Shown here in pieces: positions 1 through 8,897 of a stretch of DNA of 43,250 nt. Under the pieces are notes generated by a model. The model worked only from the letters and a program-made list of their open reading frames with translations. It did not search any database and was not told where the DNA came from. How positions within the stretch are numbered: the stretch's first letter is position 1; each line of letters begins with the position of its first letter. The stretch covers positions 1-43,250 of the forward strand of contig JAIERD010000163.1 in assembly GCA_019747155.1 (NCBI GenBank). The letters run 5' to 3'. A program made the translations under genes and the position numbers. The stretch is from Pseudomonadaceae bacterium. GTDB lineage: Bacteria > Pseudomonadota > Gammaproteobacteria > Pseudomonadales > Pseudomonadaceae.

Positions 1-540
1 CTGCCCTCCGGCATGGGCATGGCCAGCGGCGAGATGCGTTACGCCAATGAGCTGGTGGAATTTATCCGTCGCGAAACCGGTGATCACTTTCATATCGAAA
101 TCGCCGCCTACCCGGAGATGCATCCGCAGGCACGCAACTTCGAAGATGACCTGGCCAATTTCGTGCGCAAGGCCCGCGCCGGCGCCAACAGCGCGATTAC
201 CCAGTATTTCTTCAACGCCGACAGCTACTTCTATTTTGTCGACCGGGTACGCCAGATGGGCGTCGATATCCCTATAGTGCCGGGCATCATGCCGATCACC
301 AACTACAGCAAGTTGGCGCGCTTCTCTGACGCCTGCGGTGCCGAGATTCCACGTTGGATTCGCAAGCAGCTGGAAGCCTACGCCGACGACATGGAGAGCA
401 TTCAAGCTTTCGGCGAGCAGGTCATCAGCCAGATGTGCGAACGGCTCCTGGCCGGTGGCGCACCGGGACTGCACTTCTACACCCTCAACCAGGCCGAACC
501 TAGCCTGGCAATCTGGCACAACCTCAAGCTGTCGAACTAA
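1..540 (+). CDS. metF: 5,10-methylenetetrahydrofolate reductase, 3' part (5' end outside window)
   Basis: Frame open from base 1 (LPSGMGMASGEMRYA). MetF motifs AAYPEMHPQA, AITQYFFN, IVPGIMPI and GLHFYTLN. TAA at 538-540. Confidence 0.96.
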   Translation: MPSGMGMASGEMRYANELVEFIRRETGDHFHIEIAAYPEMHPQARNFEDDLANFVRKARAGANSAITQYFFNADSYFYFVDRVRQMGVDIPIVPGIMPITNYSKLARFSDACGAEIPRWIRKQLEAYADDMESIQAFGEQVISQMCERLLAGGAPGLHFYTLNQAEPSLAIWHNLKLSN

Positions 541-569
541 CTCGGCCGGCAGTCAATAATTGCTCAAGG

Positions 570-2834
570 ATGACCATGCGCCTGCCACGTTTCGCACCGC
601 TTCTGCTGCTGGCCTGCATACATACCGTTCAGGCCAGTTCGGATAATTTCTGCAGCCCCAGCTGGGTGTTGACCTCCAAGCAGCCAAACCCCTGCAGTAG
701 CCTGGCGTTTCTCAGCCCGGCCAACGACAGCCGGGTCAACCTGCAATTGTTGCTGGCGGATGCCGGGCGCTTGCAGCTCGGCAACCAGGCACCGAGCGAC
801 GACGAGCTGGTATTTGGCTACGCCCAGGTGCCCTTCGATGTCAGCCGTCTGCTGCTGCCACCGAGTACCCGCAACTCTGCGGTTAGCGAGCCGGATGCCC
901 TGGCTGCAGCTCCAGTCGACCCGCAACTGCAAAAGCTGATCGGCCTGCTTGAGCAGCTCGATTTACCCCGCGACGAAGCACTGCTGGGCGACGACCAACC
1001 CTTCGCCGAGGGCGAGGGCAATCGCCAGCGCAGCAACAACCGTGAAAACGCTAACGCCTTCCTCAGCCAACTATTAGCCAGTGAACTGCCTGCCGCCGAA
1101 CGCCAAGCCCTGGCCTTGCAGCGCTTGCAACTGCTGCACAGCTGGCGCGCCGAGCAGACTGAGCCCGTCGAGCCCACCGAAGCAGCCGAGCAAACTGAAA
1201 ACCCACCAGCCGCCGCGCCCGTAAGCGCCGCAGCTGCCGAATCGCCCATCAGCTCGGCCCTCGGCCAACAATTTGCCACCTATCTGCACGGCGCCAGCGC
1301 CTTCTACGCCGGCGACTTCAGTGCTGCGCTGGCCGACTTCCAGGCCCTGCGCGACAGTCCGCAACCCTGGCTGCAGCAAACGGCGCTGTATATGTTGGCG
1401 CGCACCGAGCTGAATGCAGCCCAAGCCCAGGCCTTCGATGAGTGGGGCACGCTCGAGAGCAAGCTGCTCGATCAGGCCGCGCTGAACAACACCGACACGG
1501 CGTTTCGCAGCTACCTCAGCGCCTACCCGCAGGGCAGTTATGCCCAGTCGGCCAAAGGTTTGCTGCGTAAGGTCTACTGGCTGCAGGACGATCAATCGCG
1601 GCTGGCCGCCGAATACGCCGAGCAGTTCGCCGCCAACACTGGCGCGCAAGATGGCCGCCTGACCGAGCTGACCTTAGAGGTGGATGACAAGCTGTTGCTC
1701 AACGGCCAGCCAGAAAAAATCAACGACCCGTTATTACTGGCGACCCTGATCCTCGGCGAGCTGGCACCCCACAGCAAACCCGCAGACAACTTCACTCAGG
1801 CGCGCCTGAGCGCCCAACAAGACCGCTTCAGCGCTCAGCCGCAGCTCTACAACTATCTGCAAAGCGCGCTGTATTTTTACCTCGACCAGGACCCGGCCAA
1901 AACCCTCAGCAGCCTGCCGCCACTGGACGCCAGCCAGCCGCTGAATTACCTGAGCTTTAGCCAGCAGAGCCTGCGCGGCTTCGCTTTGGAAGCGCAGCAG
2001 GATTGGGCTGACGCCCAGGCACTGTGGCTGCAGCTCTTACCATTGGCCAAACAACCCTTGCAGCACGCGCAACTGGAGTTGGCCCTGGCGCTCAACTACG
2101 AGCGCGCCAATCAGCTCGACAAGGTATTCGCCAACGACTCGCCGATTCAGACCCAACAACTGCGCGACATTTTGCTGCGCAACGTCGCCGGCCCCGAGTT
2201 GCTGCGCGCCCGTAGCAGTGCTGCCAGCAGCGAAGACCAACAACTGGCGCTGTTTAGCCTGCTCTACAAGGATTTGCTGCGCGGTTACTACCAAGATTTC
2301 CTCAAGGACGTGGCCCTGCTGCCGCAACCGCTGCCAGCCGCGAAGCTGAGCAATCGCCTCGACCTCTGGTACGGCGAGGCGCCGTCCTTGGCGCTTTTCC
2401 AGTGGGCCGGCGGCAACGGCGACTCAGGCTATAACTGCCCAGCCCTGCGCGATGTGGCGACACTGCTAGCCAGCAATCCACAAGACGCTAAAGGCTTGAA
2501 CTGTTTAGGCGAATTTATCCGTAGCAATGGCCTCGACAGCTTCCCGCTCGACCAGCAGCCATCGGCCGATGAATTGGGCGGCAGCCCCTCGCAGTTCGGC
2601 GGCAAGCGTTACTCGCGCCTGGACGGTTACTTGCAAGTGCTCGCCGCGCCCAAAGCCGCCAATGACGAGCGCGCCTACGCTCTGTACCGCGCCATCAATT
2701 GCTTTGCCCCCAGCGGTTACAACGGCTGCGGCCCGCAGGAAGTCGCGCAAGCGCAGCGCAAGCAGTGGTTCCAAAGCCTCAAGAGCAAATACCCAAAAAG
2801 CCCTTGGGCGCAATCACTCAAGTACTACTGGTAA
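570..2834 (+). CDS. Exported 754-aa alpha-helical/TPR-like protein of unknown function
   Basis: Long ORF with host-like codon usage. N-terminal signal peptide MTMRLPRFAPLLLLACIHTVQA, TPR-like segments (ALYMLARTELNAAQ, FRSYLSAYPQGSYA), three Cys pairs, C-terminus LKSKYPKSPWAQSLKYYW. Start could be ATG 570 or 576 (AAGGA at 566-570 suits 576). Confidence 0.85.
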   Translation: MTMRLPRFAPLLLLACIHTVQASSDNFCSPSWVLTSKQPNPCSSLAFLSPANDSRVNLQLLLADAGRLQLGNQAPSDDELVFGYAQVPFDVSRLLLPPSTRNSAVSEPDALAAAPVDPQLQKLIGLLEQLDLPRDEALLGDDQPFAEGEGNRQRSNNRENANAFLSQLLASELPAAERQALALQRLQLLHSWRAEQTEPVEPTEAAEQTENPPAAAPVSAAAAESPISSALGQQFATYLHGASAFYAGDFSAALADFQALRDSPQPWLQQTALYMLARTELNAAQAQAFDEWGTLESKLLDQAALNNTDTAFRSYLSAYPQGSYAQSAKGLLRKVYWLQDDQSRLAAEYAEQFAANTGAQDGRLTELTLEVDDKLLLNGQPEKINDPLLLATLILGELAPHSKPADNFTQARLSAQQDRFSAQPQLYNYLQSALYFYLDQDPAKTLSSLPPLDASQPLNYLSFSQQSLRGFALEAQQDWADAQALWLQLLPLAKQPLQHAQLELALALNYERANQLDKVFANDSPIQTQQLRDILLRNVAGPELLRARSSAASSEDQQLALFSLLYKDLLRGYYQDFLKDVALLPQPLPAAKLSNRLDLWYGEAPSLALFQWAGGNGDSGYNCPALRDVATLLASNPQDAKGLNCLGEFIRSNGLDSFPLDQQPSADELGGSPSQFGGKRYSRLDGYLQVLAAPKAANDERAYALYRAINCFAPSGYNGCGPQEVAQAQRKQWFQSLKSKYPKSPWAQSLKYYW

Positions 2835-2836
2835 AG

Positions 2837-3559
2837 GTGCGCCGTTACGCCGCCGCACTGCTCTGCCTGCTGATGTTGCAGGCCACGCAGCCCGTAGCGG
2901 CGGCGATAGTGGACGCCAGCCAGTACGACGCCTTTTGGTTGTGGAGCGGCGTGCGCCCGCAGCCGGTGCTCGCCCAGGCGCGCAGCCTGTATATATTGCA
3001 GGGGCAGATCAGCCAACAGCGTTATTCCCACGACCCAACGGCGCGCTTTATCGCCCAAGGGCCGGCAGTCCCCAAGGGCAAACAAGGAGAGATCTGGCTC
3101 AGTTATCGCGCACAAACCCTCGCCTGGAACCCGCAGGTCTACGCCAGCCTGCTGGCGCAACTGCAACGCTGGCAACGCGGTGGCAATGCCCTGCACGGCA
3201 TTCAAATCGACTTTGACGCGCGCACCCAACATCTGGATGAGTACCTGGTTTTCCTGCGCGATTTACGCCAACGCCTGCCCAAAGAGTATCGCCTGAGCAT
3301 CACCGGCCTGCTCGACTGGAGCGCCCACGCCGACCCGTTGGTGCTCAACCAACTGCGCGGAGTGGTCGATGAAATCGTCATCCAGACCTATCAAGGCCAC
3401 CAGACTATCGCCAACTACCCAGCCTATCTGCCGCAAGTCAGCCGCCTGCAACTGCCGTTCAAAATCGGCCTACTGCAGAATGGCGAATGGCAGGCACCGG
3501 CCTATCTGGCCGACTCGCCATGGTTTAGTGGCTATGTGGTGTTTTTGCAAAACCCATAA
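2837..3559 (+). CDS. DUF3142-like exported protein, probable GH18-like TIM barrel
   Basis: GTG at 2837, 2 nt after the upstream TAA and in frame with ORF 2699..3559. Signal peptide (RRYAAALLCLLMLQATQPVAA). Motifs YDAFWLWSGV, GIQIDFDA, LSITGLLDW and DEIVIQTY. Confidence 0.8.
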   Translation: MRRYAAALLCLLMLQATQPVAAAIVDASQYDAFWLWSGVRPQPVLAQARSLYILQGQISQQRYSHDPTARFIAQGPAVPKGKQGEIWLSYRAQTLAWNPQVYASLLAQLQRWQRGGNALHGIQIDFDARTQHLDEYLVFLRDLRQRLPKEYRLSITGLLDWSAHADPLVLNQLRGVVDEIVIQTYQGHQTIANYPAYLPQVSRLQLPFKIGLLQNGEWQAPAYLADSPWFSGYVVFLQNP

Positions 3560-3631
3560 GTACTGGCCTGGACCACGGGCCACTGGTCGCCAAGCCGGCA
3601 TTTGCCCACTAGTCGCACAGCCACCTTGCTC

Positions 3632-3640
3632 TGTTATACT
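3632..3640 (+). promoter_or_regulatory. Candidate extended -10 promoter (TGnTATACT) for rhlE
   Basis: tgttatact at 3632-3640, about 140 nt upstream of the rhlE ATG. Confidence 0.5.
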
Positions 3641-3778
3641 CCGGGCTCCCGTCAGGCTTGCGCCCGGACACTCGGCACCTTTGCCCAGTAGGACCGGTCG
3701 GGAGTGCTCTGCAAGAGCGCCTCATGCCAGACACCATCGCCCTATCGAGCTCAGCTCGTTACTCAGACAGGATTACTC

Positions 3779-5689
3779 ATGTCCTTTGCTTCCCTCGGTC
3801 TCTCCGAGGCTTTAGTCCGCGCCGTCGAGGCTGCCGGCTACACCGAACCTACACCAGTGCAATTGCGGGCCATCCCTGCGGTATTGCAAGGTCGCGACCT
3901 GATGGTAGCTGCCCAGACTGGTACCGGTAAAACGGGCGGCTTCGCCCTGCCCGTATTGGAGCGCCTGTTCCCAGGCGGCCACCCGGACCGCGAACATCGC
4001 CACGGCCCACGTCAACCGCGCGTACTGGTGCTCACACCGACCCGCGAACTGGCCGCCCAAGTGCACGACAGCTTCAAGCTGTATGCCCGCGATCTTAAGT
4101 TTGTCAGCGCCTGCATCTTTGGCGGCGTCGGCATGAACCCGCAAGTGCAAGCCATGGCCCGTGGCGTCGACGTTCTGGTCGCCTGCCCTGGCCGCTTGCT
4201 CGACCTGGCCAGCAAGGGCAGTGTTGACCTGTCGCGGGTCGAAATTCTGATCCTCGACGAAGCCGACCGCATGCTCGACATGGGCTTCGTGCATGACGTG
4301 AAAAAGGTCTTGGCCCGTCTGCCGGCCAAACGCCAAAACCTGCTGTTCTCGGCGACCTTCTCGAAAGACATCACCGAGCTGGCCGGCAAACTGCTGCACA
4401 ACCCAGAACGCATCGAAGTCACGCCGCCGAACACCACGGTTGAGCGCATCGAGCAACGGGTATTCCGCCTGCCCGCCAGCCACAAGCGCGCCCTCTTGGC
4501 GCACTTGATTACCGCCGGCGCCTGGGAACAGGTGCTGGTGTTTACCCGCACCAAACACGGCGCCAACCGCTTGGCCGAGTTCCTCGACAAGCACGGCCTG
4601 TCGTCGGTAGCGATCCACGGCAACAAGAGCCAGAACGCCCGCACCAAGGCCCTGGCTGACTTTAAAGGCAACCAAGTACGCATCCTGGTGGCCACCGATA
4701 TCGCCGCCCGCGGCCTGGATATCGATCAGTTGCCCCATGTGGTCAACTTCGAACTGCCCAATATCGAAGAAGATTACGTGCACCGTATCGGCCGTACTGG
4801 CCGGGCCGGGCGCAGTGGTGAGGCGATCTCCCTGGTCGCACCGGACGAAGAGAAGCTGCTCAAGGGCATTGAGCGGATGACCAAGCAGAAAATCGCCGAC
4901 GGCGACCTGCTCGGCTTTGACTCCAGCACCGTGGAAGCCGAACGCCCAGAAGTGCGCGAACGTCCAGACGTGCGTGGCCGTGGCAGTCGTGAGCCGCGTG
5001 ACCCGAACACCCCCAACGGTGGCGGTGAGCGGCATGGCGGCGGCCGTAAAGACAAAGGCAAAGACACCGGCAAGGATAAACCCGCCAGCCAGGGTCGCAG
5101 CCAACCGGCCTCGCGCGAGCCACGCCAGCCGCGCAGCAGCGCCTCGGCGGCAGCGCCACGGCCAACTCCGGCGCCGCGCCCGAGTGACGATCGCGCACCG
5201 GACGAGTTCCGTGATGACGAAGTGGACAACTTCGGCAACCGCGCCGACTACGTCAGCCCGAACCAGAACAAGCAGCAAAACCGTGGCCGGCGCCCAGCCG
5301 CCAGCGGTCCAAGTGCGAGTAATGGCGTAGGCCAACCCGCGCGCAGCCAAGACGGCAAACCCGCTCAAGGTCGTCGTCCGGCTGCAGCCGGTGGTCGTAC
5401 TGGCGGCGGCGCCAGCGCTGGCGGCCAAGCACGTAGCGGTGGCGGCGGGCGTGGCGGTCAATCGCGCAGCAGTGGCGCGAGTCGTGACTCATCCCGTGGC
5501 GACTCAGCTCGTGGTGAGCCGCAACGCCAAGAGCCAGCCGTGAGAAGCAGCCGCGACAGCCAGCCGGTGATTGTGCACAAAGAGTCCAAGCGCGATCGCT
5601 TGCCCACTCCCGAGCAGCTCGATCAACTGCCCAGCCGCCCACGCAGCGAACGCCCGGCACTGCTGACGCGTAACCGCGACAGCCAGTAG
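3779..5689 (+). CDS. rhlE: DEAD-box RNA helicase, RhlE type, with long disordered C-terminal extension
   Basis: ATG 3779 with AGGA upstream (MSFASLGL). Q motif [43 protein letters not shown]-terminal tail is rich in R/G/S/P. Confidence 0.95.
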   Translation: MSFASLGLSEALVRAVEAAGYTEPTPVQLRAIPAVLQGRDLMVAAQTGTGKTGGFALPVLERLFPGGHPDREHRHGPRQPRVLVLTPTRELAAQVHDSFKLYARDLKFVSACIFGGVGMNPQVQAMARGVDVLVACPGRLLDLASKGSVDLSRVEILILDEADRMLDMGFVHDVKKVLARLPAKRQNLLFSATFSKDITELAGKLLHNPERIEVTPPNTTVERIEQRVFRLPASHKRALLAHLITAGAWEQVLVFTRTKHGANRLAEFLDKHGLSSVAIHGNKSQNARTKALADFKGNQVRILVATDIAARGLDIDQLPHVVNFELPNIEEDYVHRIGRTGRAGRSGEAISLVAPDEEKLLKGIERMTKQKIADGDLLGFDSSTVEAERPEVRERPDVRGRGSREPRDPNTPNGGGERHGGGRKDKGKDTGKDKPASQGRSQPASREPRQPRSSASAAAPRPTPAPRPSDDRAPDEFRDDEVDNFGNRADYVSPNQNKQQNRGRRPAASGPSASNGVGQPARSQDGKPAQGRRPAAAGGRTGGGASAGGQARSGGGGRGGQSRSSGASRDSSRGDSARGEPQRQEPAVRSSRDSQPVIVHKESKRDRLPTPEQLDQLPSRPRSERPALLTRNRDSQ

Positions 5690-5700
5690 TTCAGGCAATA

Positions 5701-5740
5701 AAAAACGCCGGGCCTATCACTTGATAGGCCCGGCGTTTTT
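5701..5740. terminator. Bidirectional intrinsic terminator between convergent rhlE and yceI
   Basis: Perfect 19-bp inverted repeat aaaaacgccgggcctatca-ct-tgataggcccggcgttttt, with A and T tracts at the two ends. Confidence 0.9.
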
Positions 5741-5825
5741 GTTGGTGCCAACTGCACTAGCTAGAACCGCCTCAGGATCGTAATGCGCGGCCCATAAGCA
5801 CGCGCAGTAGATGTTGAAGTGGTTC

Positions 5826-6404
5826 TTACTGACGCACGCCTTCAACCGAGATAATCAGCTGCACGTCCTGGGACGCCGGGCCGAGATCCTTCTGAATATC
5901 GAAGTCTTTCAGGTGCAAGCTGGTGCTGCCTTCGAAACCGGCGCGGTAGCCGCCCCAAGGGTCCTTGCCTTCGCCGATGAACTTGGCGGCAATCACTACC
6001 GGCTTGGTCACCCCGTTCAGGGTCAGATTGCCGGTGATATCGGCAGTGCCAGTGCCGGTGGATTTCACCGCCGTCGACTCAAAGCTGGCGCTCGGATACT
6101 TGCTGACATTCAGGAAATCATCGCTGCGCAAGTGCTTATCGCGCTCGGCGTGGTTGCTATCCAGGCTGGCCGTGTTCAAGTTGACCTTGACCTTGCTGGC
6201 CTCGGGCTGGCTGGCATCAAAACTGAAACTGCCATCAAAATCTTTAAAAGTGCCATACAGCCAACTGTAGCCGAGGTGGCTGATCTTGAAGTTGACGAAG
6301 GCGTGCTGGCCCTTCTTATCAATCACATAATCCGCCGCCATGGCTTGAGTGGCACTGAACAAAACCGAGCCAAGCGCCAGAGCAACGAGAGTCTTTTTCA
6401 ACAT
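5826..6404 (-). CDS. yceI: YceI-family periplasmic polyisoprenoid/lipid-binding protein
   Basis: Signal peptide ending AMA|ADY. Motifs [36 protein letters not shown] and [10 protein letters not shown]. Confidence 0.93.
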   Translation of the reverse strand: MLKKTLVALALGSVLFSATQAMAADYVIDKKGQHAFVNFKISHLGYSWLYGTFKDFDGSFSFDASQPEASKVKVNLNTASLDSNHAERDKHLRSDDFLNVSKYPSASFESTAVKSTGTGTADITGNLTLNGVTKPVVIAAKFIGEGKDPWGGYRAGFEGSTSLHLKDFDIQKDLGPASQDVQLIISVEGVRQ

Positions 6405-6416
6405 GGTTACGCTTCC

Positions 6417-6989
6417 TTACTTATCGGGTTGAGAATTAGTCGCGGCGCGCCCAAGCATGCGCAGCAGGGTCACATCACGGTCAACATAGTGGTGTTTCAA
6501 GGCAGCCAGCCCATGCAAGACCGTCAAAACGACCAGCGCCCAGGCCAGGTACTCATGTACCAGCCCGGCCAGGTCTTCCTGGTTCGGCAAGCCACTGAGC
6601 AAGGCTGGCACCTCGAACCAATCAAACACGCTGATACCCTGGCCATCGGCGGTGGAGATCAGGTAGCCGGCAATCATCAACGCAAACAGGCCCAAGTACA
6701 GCAGGCCATGGCCGAGCTTGGCACCCAGCCGGGTCAACCGACTGTAGCTACTCAGCGGCAAGGGCAACGGACTGAGAAAACGCCACAGCAGCCGCAGTAA
6801 CATCAACGCGAAGAGCAGCAAGCCAATGCTCTTGTGAAGCTCGGGGCCGGTTTGCCGCCAAGCGCTGTAGTAGTCCAGCTCGACCATCCACAGACCCAGC
6901 CCAAACAAGCCGAAGAACACCAGCGCCACCAGCCAATGCACCGAGATACTGAGCAGACCATAGCTATTAGGAGAGTTACGCCACTGCAT
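6417..6989 (-). CDS. Cytochrome b561 (YceJ-like)
   Basis: Start taken at MQWRNSPNSYG (ATG 6989). Four hydrophobic segments with heme-ligand His residues (SVHW, LHKSIG, LVHEYL, VLHGLAALKHH). Co-oriented with and just upstream of yceI. Confidence 0.9.
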   Translation of the reverse strand: MQWRNSPNSYGLLSISVHWLVALVFFGLFGLGLWMVELDYYSAWRQTGPELHKSIGLLLFALMLLRLLWRFLSPLPLPLSSYSRLTRLGAKLGHGLLYLGLFALMIAGYLISTADGQGISVFDWFEVPALLSGLPNQEDLAGLVHEYLAWALVVLTVLHGLAALKHHYVDRDVTLLRMLGRAATNSQPDK

Positions 6990-7235
6990 TGCCAAAACGT
7001 CCAAAAAACCGATTGTGTACAGATTAGCGATAAAACCATCGATTAAAAGCACAAATTATTGTTCAGAAACATCAAGAAAAACGATAGTTAATCCGCCACC
7101 CTGAGCCCTCACCGAAACCCAGCAGGCCGACTCAGTGGGACGGCGCTAAACTGTGCGCGGCCAAGGTTTGCCCTGCGCAGTCATACAGCCAGCGATGTCC
7201 CTATCCATAACAAAGGCTCGGCAAGGAACCCACAG

Positions 7236-8897
7236 ATGCTGCTTTGGCTTAGAACTTACCGCGCGCAATGGCTGACCGGCGACATCAGCGCCGGCATCAT
7301 TGTGGTGCTGATGATGGTGCCCCAGGGCATGGCCTATGCCGTGGTGGCCGGTTTGCCGCCGATCATCGGCCTGTACGCCAGCATTTTACCGGCGATGGCT
7401 TATGCGCTATTTGGCAGCAGCCGGGTGCAGTCGGTTGGGCCCATGGCGATCACCTCGCTGATGACCGCCACCTCCCTGGCGGCGCTGGCCCCCAGCGGCT
7501 CGGACTTGTATGTGGCGATGGCCGCGCAAATGGCGTTGATCGCCGGTTTGGTCTTGCTGCTCTGCGGGCTGTTGCGCCTGGGCTTTCTCGCGCACTTTCT
7601 CAGCCGCCCGGTGTTAAGCGGCTTTACCACCGGCGCCGCGTTGCTGATTGGCGCTAGCCAGTTCAAGGCTCTGCTCGGTGGCTCGCTGACTAGCCTTAAT
7701 GTGCCGGGCGCCAGCATCGGGCTGCTGTCATTGCTGGCCCTGTGGTTGGGCAAGGAGCGGCTGGCGCCGCTGCTCAACAAACTCGGTTTAAGCCTCAAGC
7801 GCGCCGCCATGCTGAGCAAGTTGGCGCCGGTGCTGGTGCTGGCCGTGGCGACCCTGAGCGTCTGGCAACTGGACCTGCAACATGCCGGCGTGGTGGTGCT
7901 CGGCCCGGTGGCGCAAGGGCTGCCCAGCTTAGGCCTGCCGAATCTGGACTTTGCGCAACTGCAAAGTTTGCTGAGCTCATCCTTACTGATCGCTTTTATT
8001 GTGTTCCTGTCCAGCCAATCGGCGGCCGTCACCCTGGCGCAAAAACGTGGCGAGCGGATCAACAGCAACAGTGAGCTGCTGGGCCTGGGCGCGGCCAACT
8101 TGGCCAGCGCGTTTTCCGGCAGCTTTGCGGTGACCGGCAGTATTTCCCGCTCGGCGGTTAACTATGCCGCCGGCGCCAATACGCCGTTGGCCAGCGTGAT
8201 CAGCGCCGGCCTGATGGCGCTGCTGCTGTGCGTGCCCACTGGCTGGCTAGCCTTGCTGCCGCTGCCGGCGCTGGCCGCCAGCATCATTATTGCGGTGCTC
8301 GGCATGCTCGACTTCGACACCCCACGGCAAGCCTGGCGCTTTGATCGCAGCGATGCCGTGGCCTGGCTGGCCACCTTGGCCGGCGTGTTGCTGCTGGGCG
8401 TGGAAAGCGGGGTGATTATTGGCGTGATGCTGTCGCTGGGCAGCCTGATTTGGCGCGCCAGTCGGCCGCATATTGCGGTGCTCGGGCGGATTGCCGGCAG
8501 TGAGCACTTTCGCAATATCAAACGCCACACGGCGCAAACCCATCCGCAGATTCTGCTGCTGCGGATCGATTCAGGGATGTTTTTTGGTAACGCCGAACTG
8601 ATCAGCGACCGCGTGCTGGAATCGCTGCAGACTGAAACCAAGCATGTGGTGCTGGTGCTGTCGGCAGTCAATCTGATCGACACCAGCGCGCTCTACAGCC
8701 TGGCCGAACTCAATCGCAACCTGCTCAACCGTTCGATTAAGTTGCACTTGGCAGAGGTCAAAGGGCCACTGATGGACCGCCTGCTGCAGAGCGATTTATT
8801 GCTCAAACCGCTCAGCGGCCAAGTGTTTCTCAGCGCGGCCATAGCCTTCGACAGCCTGTACGCACAGCTGCAAAACGACGAGCAGGGTGGGCTTTAG
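7236..8897 (+). CDS. SulP/SLC26-family inorganic anion transporter with C-terminal STAS domain
   Basis: PQGMAYA and GLYASILP...FGSS signature, TGSISRS, STAS segment RIDSGMFFGNA...VNLIDTSAL. RBS AAGGAA upstream. Confidence 0.92.
   Translation: MLLWLRTYRAQWLTGDISAGIIVVLMMVPQGMAYAVVAGLPPIIGLYASILPAMAYALFGSSRVQSVGPMAITSLMTATSLAALAPSGSDLYVAMAAQMALIAGLVLLLCGLLRLGFLAHFLSRPVLSGFTTGAALLIGASQFKALLGGSLTSLNVPGASIGLLSLLALWLGKERLAPLLNKLGLSLKRAAMLSKLAPVLVLAVATLSVWQLDLQHAGVVVLGPVAQGLPSLGLPNLDFAQLQSLLSSSLLIAFIVFLSSQSAAVTLAQKRGERINSNSELLGLGAANLASAFSGSFAVTGSISRSAVNYAAGANTPLASVISAGLMALLLCVPTGWLALLPLPALAASIIIAVLGMLDFDTPRQAWRFDRSDAVAWLATLAGVLLLGVESGVIIGVMLSLGSLIWRASRPHIAVLGRIAGSEHFRNIKRHTAQTHPQILLLRIDSGMFFGNAELISDRVLESLQTETKHVVLVLSAVNLIDTSALYSLAELNRNLLNRSIKLHLAEVKGPLMDRLLQSDLLLKPLSGQVFLSAAIAFDSLYAQLQNDEQGGL

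Noticed and set aside
2699-2836. N-terminal 46 codons of ORF 2699..3559
   Set aside because: They overlap the upstream gene. GTG 2837 gives a clean signal peptide and tight coupling.
3812-5461. 549-aa minus-strand ORF opposite rhlE
   Set aside because: Antisense shadow of a well-supported gene. Long stop-free reverse frames are expected with GC-rich codon bias, and no motifs were recognised.
5811-6800. 329-aa plus-strand ORF over yceI and cytochrome b561
   Set aside because: Antisense to two clear genes, with no recognisable domain.
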